A stretch of DNA of 64,000 nucleotides from Rhodospirillales bacterium (GCA_014323865.1 JACONG010000016.1:544523-608522); one strand, 5' to 3'. Numbered from the stretch's first letter, positions 1 to 14,356 are shown. Translations and numbers: made by a program. The notes: generated from the letters alone by a model not told the origin.

Positions 1-14
1 CTGCCCAAGCGACT

Positions 15-864
15 CTAGCAGCAACAAGCCGATCTTGTCATCCCGGGCCAGTGAGCGCCGTGAACGCGAGCTGGAATCACGGCAACGCGCAGCCTCGACG
101 ATTTACCGAATCGGGATTCCGGATCAGCGGCCCGCTGGACCTTACCCGGGATGACACAAGTGATTGGAATCAGAACACAAGCGCAGTGGCCCGCACCGGG
201 CAGCCAGTGCCGCCCTTCATGGAGAACGGCAGGCAGACGAAGAGCAAGTTCTTGCCCACCAGTTGATCGAGATTGCAAAGCTGCTGGACCAGGCAGACAT
301 CCCGGCCGTTGAGCGCGGTATGTGTCGGTCACCACCCCTCGTTGAGATCGTCCATGCCGATCATGTCGTTACAGAAGATGGTGATCTCCTGACTGACCAG
401 CCAATGCACCCCTCGGTCGGCACATAGAGCCGGTTCATGGCGAAGCCTTCCTTGCCCTGGTGCTTGTCGGACCCGGTTCAGCAGACGGTTGCGCCGCCGG
501 GCCCAATCTTGCGTCCCGATTTGTTGGCCGCGGCCTCGAAGTTCTCGATAGTTATTGCTTCGCCGTTCTGCTTGTGGCTGAGATCGAGAAGGCGGCCCGG
601 CAACACGAGCTGCTCCAGCGGGACCTGATCGAGCGGAATGCCATTGGCTGCGCTGTGGCGCGGCACATCGAGATGGGTGCCGCAATGTTCCGGCATCAGG
701 GTCATGCGGCTTTTCATCGTGATCTTGCCTCCGGTGATCTCGGAGAGATAGGCATGATCGTCGAGCTGGAAGAAGGTCACTTGGCCGCCGATGTTCGGCA
801 TGTTGAAATACATCGGATGGCTGAGATCGATGATCTTCTGAATTACTGGCACCATGGTGGTCAC
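15..864 (-). pseudogene. Putative cyclase-family (kynurenine formamidase-like) gene, apparently frame-disrupted. The N-terminal segment 478..864 is intact and the C-terminal parts continue in two other frames.
   Basis: ORF 478..864 begins MTTMVPVIQKIIDLSHP...MPEHCGTHLDVPRH (cyclase H-x-G-T-H-x-D motif). The expected downstream part (…WLVSQEITIFCNDMIGMDD…) is found in a second minus frame (329..685), and the tail is in a third (15..335). Confidence 0.45.
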
Positions 865-886
865 GCCCCTCGTTGTCTCGGGGTGA

Positions 887-1651
887 TCATGCCTGATCGG
901 CGAGCCAGGCCATCACCTCCTCAACCGAACCCGCGACCTGACCCTCTGGCATGGCGGGGCGCGCCACCATGACGACGGGCAGGCCAAGCGACCGGGCGGA
1001 CAGGATCTTCGCTTCGTTCGCCGCGCCGCCGCTCGCCTTGGTGACCAGCGCGCCGATGCCGTTCTCCCGTAACAGCGTCGTCTCGCCTTCGGCCGTGAAG
1101 GGGCCGCGGTCCAGCAGCAGGTCGCCATGCGGCAGCGGCGCGTCCGGTGGCTCGATCATGCGGACGAGAAGACGGATGCCGCGTAGGTCCGAGAAGGCAT
1201 CGAGGTCGCGCCGGCCCAGCGTCACAAATGCGGCCGACGGCGCGAGGTCGCCGAGAGCCCGTGCCGCGTCGGGTGCATCACGCACCGCAATCCACCGGTC
1301 GTCTGCCGTCTCTTGCCACATCGGACGGACGAGCTTGATGCGTGGGACGACGGCTTGCGACGCGGCATCGGCAGCGTGGCTGGCCATGACAGAGGCAAAG
1401 GGATGGGTGGCGTCGATCAGGGCGGCAAAGCGCTCCGCCCGGAGGTAGTCGGCGAGGCCTTCCACCCCGCCGAAACCACCGCGCCTGACCGTACCCGGGA
1501 CCTGCCCGGGGGCGCGTGTGACCCCGGCGAGCGATGTGACGACGTCGATATCGAGTCGCTCCGAGATGAGCCGCTCAGCCAGCGCGACAGCCTCGGTCGT
1601 GCCGCCCAGGATCAGGATCCGCAACATGGAATCACGGTCCGGCCCGGCCAA
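887..1651 (-). CDS. cobK: Precorrin-6A / cobalt-precorrin-6A reductase
   Basis: 254-aa ORF MLRILILGGTTEA…SLGLPVVMVARP, typical CobK/CbiJ length and motifs. It overlaps cbiD by 20 nt. Confidence 0.85.
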   Translation of the reverse strand: MAGPDRDSMLRILILGGTTEAVALAERLISERLDIDVVTSLAGVTRAPGQVPGTVRRGGFGGVEGLADYLRAERFAALIDATHPFASVMASHAADAASQAVVPRIKLVRPMWQETADDRWIAVRDAPDAARALGDLAPSAAFVTLGRRDLDAFSDLRGIRLLVRMIEPPDAPLPHGDLLLDRGPFTAEGETTLLRENGIGALVTKASGGAANEAKILSARSLGLPVVMVARPAMPEGQVAGSVEEVMAWLADQA

Positions 1652-2717
1652 CGATGGCGCCGGCCCGGTCGATCACGATGATGTCGATGACGGTGTCGCC
1701 GGCCAGCGTCGCCAGCGCGCTCTCCCGCGCCCGTCGCGCTACGGCATCGGCGAGGGGAATGTCATGCGCCTGGCTCAGCGCGAGGACGGCTCCGGCACTG
1801 GTGGCGGCAGCCATCTCGCTGACGAGCGTAGCGTCGGCGCCGTTGGCCTCGGCGAGCGCGGCCAAGGCCGCGTGGTTGACCTGGCTGCGCGAGGAGTGAA
1901 GATCCATCGCCCCTTGGCCCAGTTTGGTCAGCTTGCCGAAGCCGCCGGCGATCGTAACACGAGGCACCGGGTGACGGCGCAGGTACTTCAGCATGCCGCC
2001 GGCGAAGTCGCCCATATCGATCAGCGCACCGATCTCCAGCCCGTAGAGCTCCCGCACGGTCACCTCGGATGTGCGCCCGGTTGACACGGCCACATGGTTG
2101 AGTCCGGTGGCGCGCGCAACATCGATGCCGCGGTGGATCGAGTGGATCCAGGCCGAGCAGGAGTAGGGAATGACGACACCGGTCGTGCCCAGGATCGACA
2201 GACCACCCTCAATGCCGAGGCGCGGGTTCCAGGTCGCCTCGGCGAGCGTGGCGCCATCGGTCACGCCCACGGTGATCGCGACGTCGCCTGCGCAGCCGTG
2301 GCGCCTTGCGAGATCGGCGATCGCGGCCGTCATCATCTCGCGCGGTTTCGGATTGATCGCGGGTTCGCCGGGCGGGATCGGCAGACCGGGTTTCGTGACT
2401 GTTCCCACACCCTCGCCGGCCCGGAACGAGATGCCTTCCCCTGTCTCCGTCCACCGGACCGACACCACGATTTCGGCGCCATGGGTGATGTCAGGATCGT
2501 CACCGGCATCCTTGATCACTGAGGCGGTGGCCTCCCCCTCACCGAGCTCCCGGCGAACGAGCGGAAAGGCCGGTTCCTTGCCTCCCGGCAGGGTGATCGT
2601 CACTGGATCGGGGAAGCGTCCGGTCGCCAGTGCCTCGAAGGCGGCGGCCGTAGCGGCCGTCGCACAAGCGCCGGTGGTCCACCCCTTGCGCAGGGGGCCT
2701 TCGGGTTTTGTCGCCAT
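1632..2717 (-). CDS. cbiD: Cobalt-precorrin-5B (C1)-methyltransferase CbiD
   Basis: ORF contains LRKGWTTGACATAAT…ILGTTGVVIPYSCSAW, the CbiD signature. The start was chosen at MATKPEGPLRKGW; the ORF extends to 2744. Confidence 0.85.
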   Translation of the reverse strand: MATKPEGPLRKGWTTGACATAATAAAFEALATGRFPDPVTITLPGGKEPAFPLVRRELGEGEATASVIKDAGDDPDITHGAEIVVSVRWTETGEGISFRAGEGVGTVTKPGLPIPPGEPAINPKPREMMTAAIADLARRHGCAGDVAITVGVTDGATLAEATWNPRLGIEGGLSILGTTGVVIPYSCSAWIHSIHRGIDVARATGLNHVAVSTGRTSEVTVRELYGLEIGALIDMGDFAGGMLKYLRRHPVPRVTIAGGFGKLTKLGQGAMDLHSSRSQVNHAALAALAEANGADATLVSEMAAATSAGAVLALSQAHDIPLADAVARRARESALATLAGDTVIDIIVIDRAGAIVGRAGP

Positions 2718-2794
2718 GACCCTGGTCGCGGATGAGAAGAACAATGTCGCCGATTGTAGGATTTCGACTCTCGAAGGTTTATAGGCTCACCATC

Positions 2795-3649
2795 ATGGAT
2801 CCGTCACGACGCAAATCCCGTCTGCCCAACCTTCCCGACTTCGAGCCGGGCTGGGTCTGGCTTGTGGGCGCAGGCCCGGGTGATCCCGGGCTGATCACGC
2901 TGCTCGCGCATCACGCGCTGGGCGTGGCCGACTGCGTCGTCTACGACGCCCTAGTCGACAAGAATATCCTCGATCTCGCACGCGCCGACGCGGAGCTGAT
3001 CTATGCCGGCAAGCGCGGTGGCAAGCCTTCGCCCAAGCAGCCCGACATCTCCAACCGCCTGATCGCGCTGGCGCGGGGCGGCAAGCGGGTGCTGCGGCTG
3101 AAGGGCGGCGATCCCTTCGTCTTCGGCCGCGGCGGCGAGGAGGCGCTGGCGCTGGTCGGTGCGGGGGTGCCGTTCCGGGTGGTGCCCGGCATCACGGCCG
3201 GCATCGGCGGCCTCGCCTATGCCGGCATCCCGGCGACCCATCGCGACACCAACCACACCGTTACCTTCATCACCGGGCACATGGCCGGCGGCGACATGCC
3301 TGACGGGATCGATTGGCATGCGCTTGCCGCCGGCGGCCAAGCGCTGGTGATTTATATGGCGCTCAAGCATCTGGACGAGATCGCCACCGAGCTTCTCGAG
3401 GGCGGCCTGATGTCGGAGACACCGGTGGCCATCGTCAGTCGCGCGGCGACTGCACACCAGCGGGTCCTGGAGACCACCCTAGGTTCGGCTGTGGCCGACG
3501 TTGCCGAGAGCGGGATCGAGGCACCAGCGATCGTCGCCATGGGCGAGATCGTGCGTCTGCGCAGCGGTCTCGACTGGATGGGCGCCATGGAGGGCCGCCT
3601 GCTCGACTCTGACCCCCTGGGGCGCGACCGGACCCGGCAGGCAGGCTGA
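2795..3649 (+). CDS. cobA: Uroporphyrinogen-III C-methyltransferase (SUMT)
   Basis: VWLVGAGPGDPGLITL…LKGGDPFVFGRGGEE is the classic SUMT motif set. It is divergent from cbiD. The start was chosen at MDPSRRK; the ORF begins at 2732. Confidence 0.85.
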   Translation: MDPSRRKSRLPNLPDFEPGWVWLVGAGPGDPGLITLLAHHALGVADCVVYDALVDKNILDLARADAELIYAGKRGGKPSPKQPDISNRLIALARGGKRVLRLKGGDPFVFGRGGEEALALVGAGVPFRVVPGITAGIGGLAYAGIPATHRDTNHTVTFITGHMAGGDMPDGIDWHALAAGGQALVIYMALKHLDEIATELLEGGLMSETPVAIVSRAATAHQRVLETTLGSAVADVAESGIEAPAIVAMGEIVRLRSGLDWMGAMEGRLLDSDPLGRDRTRQAG

Positions 3650-3653
3650 TTCC

Positions 3654-4961
3654 GTGGCGGGCGGTCTGATCATTGCTGCGCCGTCGGGTGGCAGCGGCAA
3701 GACCGTTCTGACGCTCGCCCTTCTCCGCGCCTTCGCCCGACGGGGCGACTCGGTCTCCTCGTTCAAGGTCGGTCCCGACTACATTGATCCCGCCTTTCAT
3801 TCAGCAGCGTCCGGACGGGTCTGCCCCAATCTCGATCTCTGGGCCATGCGGCCCGACACCTTTGCCGCGACGGCGCACGACGTGATCTCGGACGCCGACC
3901 TTGTCATCGGCGAAGGTGTGATGGGCCTGTTCGACGGTCCGGTTGCAGGCGACGGCAGCACCGCTGACGTGGCCGGCGCGCTCGGCCTGCCGGTCGTCCT
4001 GGCGCTTGATGTCACCGGTCAGGGTGCCTCGGCTGCAGCGGTAGTGAAGGGCTTTCGCGACTTTCGCGACGACGTGATGCTGGCCGGCGTGATCCTGAAC
4101 CGCGTCGGTCGCGAGGGGCATCGCGCGATTCTCGAAGCGGCGCTCGACGGTGTCACGACCGTTCTCGGCATGGTGCCACGGAGCAACCAGCTCGCCCTGC
4201 CCGAGCGGCATCTGGGTCTGGTCCAGGCCGGCGAGCGGGATGACCTCGAGGCCTTTCTGGACAAGGCGGCCGAGCTCGTCGGCGAGGCGGTCGATCTCGA
4301 TGCCCTGAGTGCCCTGGGGCGTTCTCCCGCCGTCGAGCCGCCCGAACGGCCAGCACCGCAGCTTGATCCCCTCGGCCAGCGCATCGCGGTTGCCAGCGAT
4401 ACGGCGTTCGCTTTCACCTATCCCGCCCTGCTCGATGGCTGGCGCCATGCTGGGGCCGAGATCGTGCCTTTTTCGCCGCTCAACGACGAGGGGCCGGACC
4501 AAGCTTGTGATGCGGTCTATCTGCCGGGTGGCTATCCGGAGTTGTATGCCGCACGGCTCGCCGGCAATGAAAGCTTTCTCGACGGTCTCCGCGCCGCGGC
4601 CGCGCACGATGTGACCGTGTTCGGTGAGTGCGGCGGCTTCATGGTTCTGGGCGAGCGTCTGATCGACGCCGACGGCGAAAGTCACGCCATGGCCGGGCTC
4701 CTGCCCGCGGTGACGTCCTTCAACGCACCGCGCCTGCATCTGGGCTACCGGCGCATGACCGTGACGCGGGATTGCGTCTTGGGCCCGACCGGCACGACCT
4801 ATCGCGGCCACGAGTTCCACTACGCCCGGCTTGTGCGCCAACGCGGCACACCGCTGTTTCACACGACCGATGCGGCCGGTCGCTACTTCGGGCCGACCGG
4901 TGCGGTGGCCGGTCGCGTCGCGGGGTCGTTCCTGCACGTCATCGACCGCGAGCCCGGATGA
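3654..4961 (+). CDS. cobB: Cobyrinic acid a,c-diamide synthase
   Basis: IIAAPSGGSGKTVLTLALLRAF…GECGGFMVLGE gives the AAA-like N-terminal domain plus the GATase domain of CobB/CbiA. A GTG start lies just after the cobA stop. Confidence 0.85.
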   Translation: MAGGLIIAAPSGGSGKTVLTLALLRAFARRGDSVSSFKVGPDYIDPAFHSAASGRVCPNLDLWAMRPDTFAATAHDVISDADLVIGEGVMGLFDGPVAGDGSTADVAGALGLPVVLALDVTGQGASAAAVVKGFRDFRDDVMLAGVILNRVGREGHRAILEAALDGVTTVLGMVPRSNQLALPERHLGLVQAGERDDLEAFLDKAAELVGEAVDLDALSALGRSPAVEPPERPAPQLDPLGQRIAVASDTAFAFTYPALLDGWRHAGAEIVPFSPLNDEGPDQACDAVYLPGGYPELYAARLAGNESFLDGLRAAAAHDVTVFGECGGFMVLGERLIDADGESHAMAGLLPAVTSFNAPRLHLGYRRMTVTRDCVLGPTGTTYRGHEFHYARLVRQRGTPLFHTTDAAGRYFGPTGAVAGRVAGSFLHVIDREPG

Positions 4962-6157
4962 GGTTGCGTTCGGCACCCAGGGTCTTCGTGACCTGCGCGG
5001 TGGTCACGGGCCTGATCGCACTCGCGCCGATGGCGACCGATACGGCGATTCCGGCGCTGCCGGCGATCGGTCGCGCGCTGCAGGCCTCGCCCGACCAGGT
5101 CGTGCTGATCATCAGCCTGTTCTATTTCGGTATGGCGCTGATGCAGCTGGTCTACGGGCCCCTGTCGGATCATTACGGTCGCCGTACCGTTTTGGTGATT
5201 TCGCTGGTGATCTACCTTGCTGCCACGGCGGGAATCGTGCTCGCAACCTCGATCGAGATGCTGCTCGCCCTGCGGGTGCTGCAGGCGGGCGGCGCCTGTG
5301 CCGGCACCGTGCTGGGACGCGCCATCGTGCGCGACATGTTCGAGCGCAACGAGGCCGGGCGCGTGCTGGGCTACTGCATGACCGCCATGACGATCGTGCC
5401 GGGCATCAGCCCAATCATCGGCGGCGAACTGCTCGTCGCTTTCGGCTGGCGCTCGGTCTTCGGCCTCACACTCGTGATCGGCGCCATCATCGCGTTCTTC
5501 ACCTGGCGCATCCTGCCGGAGACTCTACCGCCCGCCCGGCGCCAGCCGGCCAACTTGGACGCGATCGTTCGCGCCTTCGCCCAGATGGCGCGCCACCGCG
5601 AGTACCTCGGCTTCGTTCTGGCGGCATGCGGGAGCTCGGTCGCACTCTTCGCCTACCTCTCAGGGGCGGGCTACACCTATGTCGATGTCCTCGGCCTCGA
5701 GGAGAACCTGGTCGGGTGGATGCTCCTGCTTGCCGTCGGCGGTTATCTCGTTGGCGGTTTCTCCGGCAGCGGATTGCAACGGCGCTTCGGTCTGGAGCGG
5801 ATCGTGCTGGCGGGTCTTGTCCTCAACATCCTCGGCGGCGCGCTGATGGCAATCGGGCTGGTGACGGGCTCGGCTTCGATCTGGTTCGTCGCGCTGCCCG
5901 GGATCGTCGTCTTCGCCGGCAACGGTGCCGCCCTGCCCCAGGCCACCGCAGGCGCCTTGGGGCCGTTCCCCCATGTCGCGGGGACGGCATCGTCGCTGGT
6001 GGGGTTCTGCCAGATGCTGACCGGTGCCGCGGCGTCGGCCCTTGTTGGTACCTTCTACGACGGCAGCCCAGCCTCGATGGTTATCGCCATCACGCTAGGA
6101 CCGCTGGTCGGTTTGGTGCTCTACGGCTGGCTCATCAGGCCGTGGCAGTTCCGCTGA
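4958..6157 (+). CDS. MFS transporter, Bcr/CflA-like drug-resistance family
   Basis: ATG overlaps the cobB TGA (ATGA). The N-terminus MATDTAIPALPAIGRAL…GPLSDHYGRRTV matches the Bcr/CflA signature, and the protein has 12 predicted TM segments. Confidence 0.8.
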   Translation: MRLRSAPRVFVTCAVVTGLIALAPMATDTAIPALPAIGRALQASPDQVVLIISLFYFGMALMQLVYGPLSDHYGRRTVLVISLVIYLAATAGIVLATSIEMLLALRVLQAGGACAGTVLGRAIVRDMFERNEAGRVLGYCMTAMTIVPGISPIIGGELLVAFGWRSVFGLTLVIGAIIAFFTWRILPETLPPARRQPANLDAIVRAFAQMARHREYLGFVLAACGSSVALFAYLSGAGYTYVDVLGLEENLVGWMLLLAVGGYLVGGFSGSGLQRRFGLERIVLAGLVLNILGGALMAIGLVTGSASIWFVALPGIVVFAGNGAALPQATAGALGPFPHVAGTASSLVGFCQMLTGAAASALVGTFYDGSPASMVIAITLGPLVGLVLYGWLIRPWQFR

Positions 6158-6161
6158 TTGC

Positions 6162-8192
6162 TCAGCGGTCGCCGCCGCCGCTGCGCCGAGTGTCGGGGTC
6201 GGCAGCGCCGGCGCCACCGAGTTCGTCGAGCAGGCCGCCCAGCAGACTGCCGTAGCTGTCTTCGGCCTTCTCCTTCTGGACGTATTCGAGGGGCGCATCG
6301 TCGTAGGGATCGACCAGCGCCAGTGCGGCGTGGCCCCGTTGGGCCTCCATCATGTAGTCGGCCCAGATGCGCGCGGGCAGACCGCCGCCGGTAACCCGAT
6401 CCATGGCCGAACCGTCGTCGTTGCCGACCCAGACGCCGGTGACGACCTGGCGTGTGAAGCCGACGAACCATGCGTCGCGGTGGTCCTGGCTGGTACCGGT
6501 CTTGCCGCCGGCGGGCCAGGGAATTTGCGCGGCACGGCCCGTTCCGCTCACGATGGTGGTTTCGAGCATCGCGGCAAGGCCGGCCTGAACCTCGGGTTTG
6601 ACCAGCCGGGCAAGCGAGACGTCGTCGCGTCGGTAAAGCAGGTCGCCTGAACGGGTCCGGATCTCGCTGATGACATAGGGGCGTGCCGCCAGTCCCTGGT
6701 TGGCGATGGTGGCGTAGGCCGCTGTCAGCTCGAGTGGCGTCACGTCGGTTGTGCCGAGCGCCAGGCTGGGCACGGCCATCATCTCCTGGTCGATGCCGAG
6801 CCTGTGGGCGGCGTCGATCACATCGTTCATGCCCACGGTCCAGGCCACCTCGGCGGCGACCGTGTTGGTCGACGCCGCGAAGGCCTCGGTCAGGGTCATC
6901 GGCCCGTCAAACTCCCCATCGTAGTTCACCGGACTCCAGCCGTCGATCGCAATCGCCCGATCGTCGACAATGTCGGACGGTTCGTAGCCGGCCTCGAGTG
7001 CCGCCAGATAGACGAAGAGCTTGAAGGCCGAGCCTGGCTGGCGTTCGGCCTGGACGACCCGATTGAACTGGGTGGTGCTGTAGTCCGAGCCGCCGACCAT
7101 GGCGAGCACCGCCCCGTCGGGGGCCATGGAAACGATGGCGCCCTCGCGCGCGTCGCCCTCGTCGTCGAGACCAGCCTGCAAGGCCTCCTGTGCGGCGCGC
7201 TGGAGGTCGGGATCGATCGTGGTGACGATGACCAGATCCTGGCGCGCCACGCCGATGTAGTCGGCGGCGCGCGTGACGGTCCAGTCAGCGGCGTAGCGCG
7301 CATCACCACCCGCCGGCCGCTCGCCGACGAGGTTGAGGGGTGCGGCTTTGGCGGCGCGCGCGGTCTCTTCGTCGATCAATCCCGCCTCGACCATATTGTC
7401 GATCACCTCGGCCGACCGAATGCGGGCGGCAGCGGGGTCGGCAGCCGGGTTGTAGCGGGACGGTGCCTTGAAAAGGCCGGCGATCATCGCGGCCTCGGGC
7501 AGGGTCAGATCGCGCGCCGACTTGTCGAAGTAGCGCTTGGCCGCCGCGTCGACGCCATAGGTGCCCGCACCGAGATAGACCCGGTTCAGGTAGATCGCGA
7601 GTATCTCCCCCTTGGTGAAACGGCGTTCGAGCCAGAGCGCCAGAAGAGCCTCCTGGGCCTTGCGCTTGAACGACCGCTCAGGTGTGAGGAAGAGGTTCTT
7701 GGCGACCTGCTGGGTGATCGTGCTGCCGCCTTGGAGCACCCCGCCGGCCTGGATGTTGACCCAAGCCGCACGAGCGATGCCCCGGATGTCGACCCCGATG
7801 TGCTCGAAGTAACGCCGGTCCTCGGTCGCTGTGACGGCCCAGATCAGGGTCTCGGGCAGATCCTCGAAATGGAGGACCTCGCCGTGCAGCTCGCCGTAGG
7901 TCGCAATCACCTGGCCGTCCGCACCGAGCACTGTGACCGAGGGTGCCCGGTCATTGATCAGTTCGGCAGGATCCGGAAGGTCGAGCACATACCAGCCGAT
8001 CAGGCCGGCGAACGCCAGCCCGCCCCAGATAAAGGCGACCGCGCTCCAGCGCAGAAAGACCCGGAACCAGCGTCGGCGCGGTCGGGATGTCGCCTCCTCC
8101 CTATCCTTGGCGCGGGGCGCGGCCTTCGACGTGGCGGGCTTCGTTGCCGCCTTCATGGCTTTCTTCGGCTTGGCCTTCTTGCGCTGCGCCAT
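6162..8192 (-). CDS. mrcA: Penicillin-binding protein 1A (bifunctional transglycosylase/transpeptidase)
   Basis: Lys-rich N-terminus plus TM segment, then the transglycosylase motifs TATEDRRYFEHIGVD and RKAQEALLALWLE, and a transpeptidase domain. The alternative start at 8228 (MTVTAL) is also possible. Confidence 0.85.
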   Translation of the reverse strand: MAQRKKAKPKKAMKAATKPATSKAAPRAKDREEATSRPRRRWFRVFLRWSAVAFIWGGLAFAGLIGWYVLDLPDPAELINDRAPSVTVLGADGQVIATYGELHGEVLHFEDLPETLIWAVTATEDRRYFEHIGVDIRGIARAAWVNIQAGGVLQGGSTITQQVAKNLFLTPERSFKRKAQEALLALWLERRFTKGEILAIYLNRVYLGAGTYGVDAAAKRYFDKSARDLTLPEAAMIAGLFKAPSRYNPAADPAAARIRSAEVIDNMVEAGLIDEETARAAKAAPLNLVGERPAGGDARYAADWTVTRAADYIGVARQDLVIVTTIDPDLQRAAQEALQAGLDDEGDAREGAIVSMAPDGAVLAMVGGSDYSTTQFNRVVQAERQPGSAFKLFVYLAALEAGYEPSDIVDDRAIAIDGWSPVNYDGEFDGPMTLTEAFAASTNTVAAEVAWTVGMNDVIDAAHRLGIDQEMMAVPSLALGTTDVTPLELTAAYATIANQGLAARPYVISEIRTRSGDLLYRRDDVSLARLVKPEVQAGLAAMLETTIVSGTGRAAQIPWPAGGKTGTSQDHRDAWFVGFTRQVVTGVWVGNDDGSAMDRVTGGGLPARIWADYMMEAQRGHAALALVDPYDDAPLEYVQKEKAEDSYGSLLGGLLDELGGAGAADPDTRRSGGGDR

Positions 8193-8355
8193 GTCAGGCC
8201 GCTCCGTGGCGAGCGCTGTCACCGTCATGATAGCCTCGTTCCCGGAACGGCAGTCCAGAGGACATTGTGCCGGTTGAAGGGCGATGCGGGGACAGTCGAG
8301 GGTGACGTCGCAGAACCAGCGCGCGCGCGACACGGCTGTCGTAACGCCGGTCTAC

Positions 8356-9370
8356 ATGGCCATCGTAGCAGTCCTGACGGCGGTTGCCTTGGTCCTGCGC
8401 GCGATGGATGCCGCAGGACCTCTCTCGATCGACGAGGTCTGGAGTCTCTATCTCATCGCTTTCCTGCCGTCGCAGTCCGAAGGTATCATCGGCGCTTTCG
8501 CCTTGCTGATGCACGACAACAGCCATCCGCTTAACACGGCTTGGCTGTGGCTCGTCGGCCTGGTCTCCGGCGGCGCCCCCCGCGACCTGAGCATGGCGCG
8601 GCCTGTCCGGTCGTGGCCGGAACACTGACGGTCCCGCTGGTAGCCGTGCTGGCGCAGCGCCAGCACGGGTTCCCGGCCCTGGTCGTCTGTCTCGTGATCG
8701 CGGTCGGATTGCCTTTCGTGCAAGACGGTTCGGAGGCGCGGGGCTGCGCTGCCGATCTCCGCGTCGCTCGGCGCCGGCCTCGGCCTGTTGCGCCGGATCG
8801 ACTCCGATGCACACCCGGGCGGTGCCTTCTTCACGGCCATGGCGGTGGTAGGATTCCTGTCCCACCTGCTGTTCCTGCCGGTTTTCGCGGCGCTGATCGC
8901 CACAGCATGTGCCTCTGGCCGATTCAGGCTGGCCGGGCATCGTGCAGGTCTGCGCGATGTGGCCTCGCTTGCCGTGCTGTCGGTTGTGGTGGGCGCCGGC
9001 TACATCGGGCGGCTCTTCCTGACGCTGGGGTTCTACGGCAAGAGCGAGCCCGCGGACGCCTTGGCGAGCCTTCTGGCCATGGCCGGGTCGCTGGTCGTTC
9101 CCCTGGAACCCGTTGTCCCCTGGCAGCCCGTCATGGTGCTGTCGCTGGGCGCGGTCTGGGGCATCATCGTGGCGCTGCGCGTGCGCCATCCCGGCACCCT
9201 CTTCGTGCTTCTGGTGGTCTTCCTTGTTCCGGCGGTCCTGATCGGCCTGGGTCTGGGGCGCTATCCGCAGCCCCGCTACTTCCTGATACCGGTCCTGTTC
9301 GCCTTGCTTTCCGCGGGCCGAGCGCGGTGGTTCCTGGCAGCCGGGCTTCCATCGTGTCTCGATCGGCAGG
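8356..9370 (+). pseudogene. Polytopic membrane protein gene split across two reading frames (frame-disrupted or sequencing error)
   Basis: Hydrophobic helical segments continue from frame 1 (8356..8628) to frame 0 (about 8577..8790) and back to frame 1 (8788..9370). The opposite strand reads as a Q/R/D/H-rich shadow. Confidence 0.35.
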
Positions 9371-9483
9371 GGGGCTATCCTCATGCGGGGCTGTCGGGCC
9401 AGACGTGGGTTGTCTTCCGGTCGTCGTGCCGCCGCCTCATGCCATCACGAGGGCGGCATCCGACGACACGGCAGAGCGGGTTG

Positions 9484-13115
<3,632 letters not shown>

Positions 13116-13122
13116 TCCTACT

Positions 13123-14241
13123 TCAGACCCGCATCGGCATCAGGACGTAAAGTGTGCGGTCGTCGCTGGTGTCGTGGACGATGGTGGGCGACACAGCATC
13201 GGCCATCTGGAAGCGGATCTGCTCGCCCTGGAAGTTTTGGGCCATCTCCAGCACGTAACGGGAGTTGAAGCCGATCTCGATCGACGGGCCGGAATAGTTG
13301 ACCGGCAGCTCCTCCTCGCCCGACGTGCTGTCGGGGCTGTTGGCCGACAGCACGAGCCGCTCGGAATCGAGCGCCAGCTTGATTGAGCGCGACTTGTCGG
13401 TCGAGATCGCGGCCATGCGGTCGACCGCCTGCACGAATCTCGTGGCCGACATCTCCAGCATCTTGTCGTTGCTCTGCGGTATAACCCGCTCGTAGTCGGG
13501 GAAGGTGCCGTCGATCAGCTTCGACGTCAGAACGACGGTATCGAAGGCGAAGCGGATCTTGGTGTCGGAGAGCTCGATCTCCACGGCGCTGTCGATCTCG
13601 TCGACCAGCTTCCGCAACTCGCCCACGGCCTTGCGCGGCACGATGATGCTTGGCATGCCGCGCGCACCGTCGGGCTGCTCCGAATCGATACGCGCCAGCC
13701 GGTGGCCGTCGGTCGCGACCGCCCGCAGCATCGGGCCCGAGTCGGCGTCGGTGCCGTGCAGATAGATGCCGTTGAGGTAGTAGCGCGTCTCCTCGGTCGA
13801 GATTGCGAACTTGGTTTTGTCGATCAGGCGGCGCAACTCGGAGGCGGGCAGCGCAAAGCTGTGGCTGAAGTCGCCGCCTGACATCATGGGGAAGTCCTGA
13901 GGCGGCAGGCAGGGCAGGCAGAAGTGGATCCGTTCGCAGGCGATCGACAGTCGGCTCGAATCGCCGGTTGCGTCGAGCGCTACCTCGGATCCCTCGGGAA
14001 GCTTGCGGCAGATGTCGTAGAGAACATGGGCCGCCGCCGTGGTCGCGCCGGTGACCTGGAGAGTGGCAGGCACGGCCTCGACCACCTCAAGATCCATGTC
14101 GGTCGCGGTCAGGCGCAGCGTGCCGTCGGCCGCTTCGAGCCGGACGTTGGAGAGAATCGGGATGGTGTTGCGCCGCTCGACGACGCTCTGCACGTGCGCC
14201 AGCGCCCTCAGGAGAACGGCACGTTCAATAGCCAGCTTCAT
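13123..14241 (-). CDS. dnaN: DNA polymerase III beta sliding clamp
   Basis: MKLAIERAVLLRALAHVQSVVERRNTIPILSNVRL is the canonical DnaN N-terminus; the protein is 372 aa. Confidence 0.95.
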   Translation of the reverse strand: MKLAIERAVLLRALAHVQSVVERRNTIPILSNVRLEAADGTLRLTATDMDLEVVEAVPATLQVTGATTAAAHVLYDICRKLPEGSEVALDATGDSSRLSIACERIHFCLPCLPPQDFPMMSGGDFSHSFALPASELRRLIDKTKFAISTEETRYYLNGIYLHGTDADSGPMLRAVATDGHRLARIDSEQPDGARGMPSIIVPRKAVGELRKLVDEIDSAVEIELSDTKIRFAFDTVVLTSKLIDGTFPDYERVIPQSNDKMLEMSATRFVQAVDRMAAISTDKSRSIKLALDSERLVLSANSPDSTSGEEELPVNYSGPSIEIGFNSRYVLEMAQNFQGEQIRFQMADAVSPTIVHDTSDDRTLYVLMPMRV

Positions 14242-14356
14242 TTAACAAGGTCCGTCGCAGGTGAGTGTTCGACCGGTTTCGGCATGTCCGATTCGGTTGT
14301 GGGACATTACTGTGTACAAAACCAGTCATCACAGGGTTGATCAACTATAGCACAAA

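Noticed and set aside
2718-2794. Looked for a cobalamin riboswitch between the divergent cbiD and cobA
   Set aside because: Only about 77 bp of intergenic DNA, too short for a B12 element, and no recognisable conserved B12-box was seen by eye.
4831-6255. 474-aa alternative-frame ORF over the MFS gene
   Set aside because: R/G/P-rich low-complexity translation, whereas the 4958..6157 frame gives a coherent 12-TM transporter.
6804-8534. 576-aa plus-strand ORF
   Set aside because: Antisense to the PBP1A gene, which has clear transglycosylase and transpeptidase motifs on the minus strand.
8194-9384. 396-aa minus-strand ORF rich in Q/R/D/H
   Set aside because: Compositional shadow of the hydrophobic plus-strand membrane-protein segments; no domain-like pattern.
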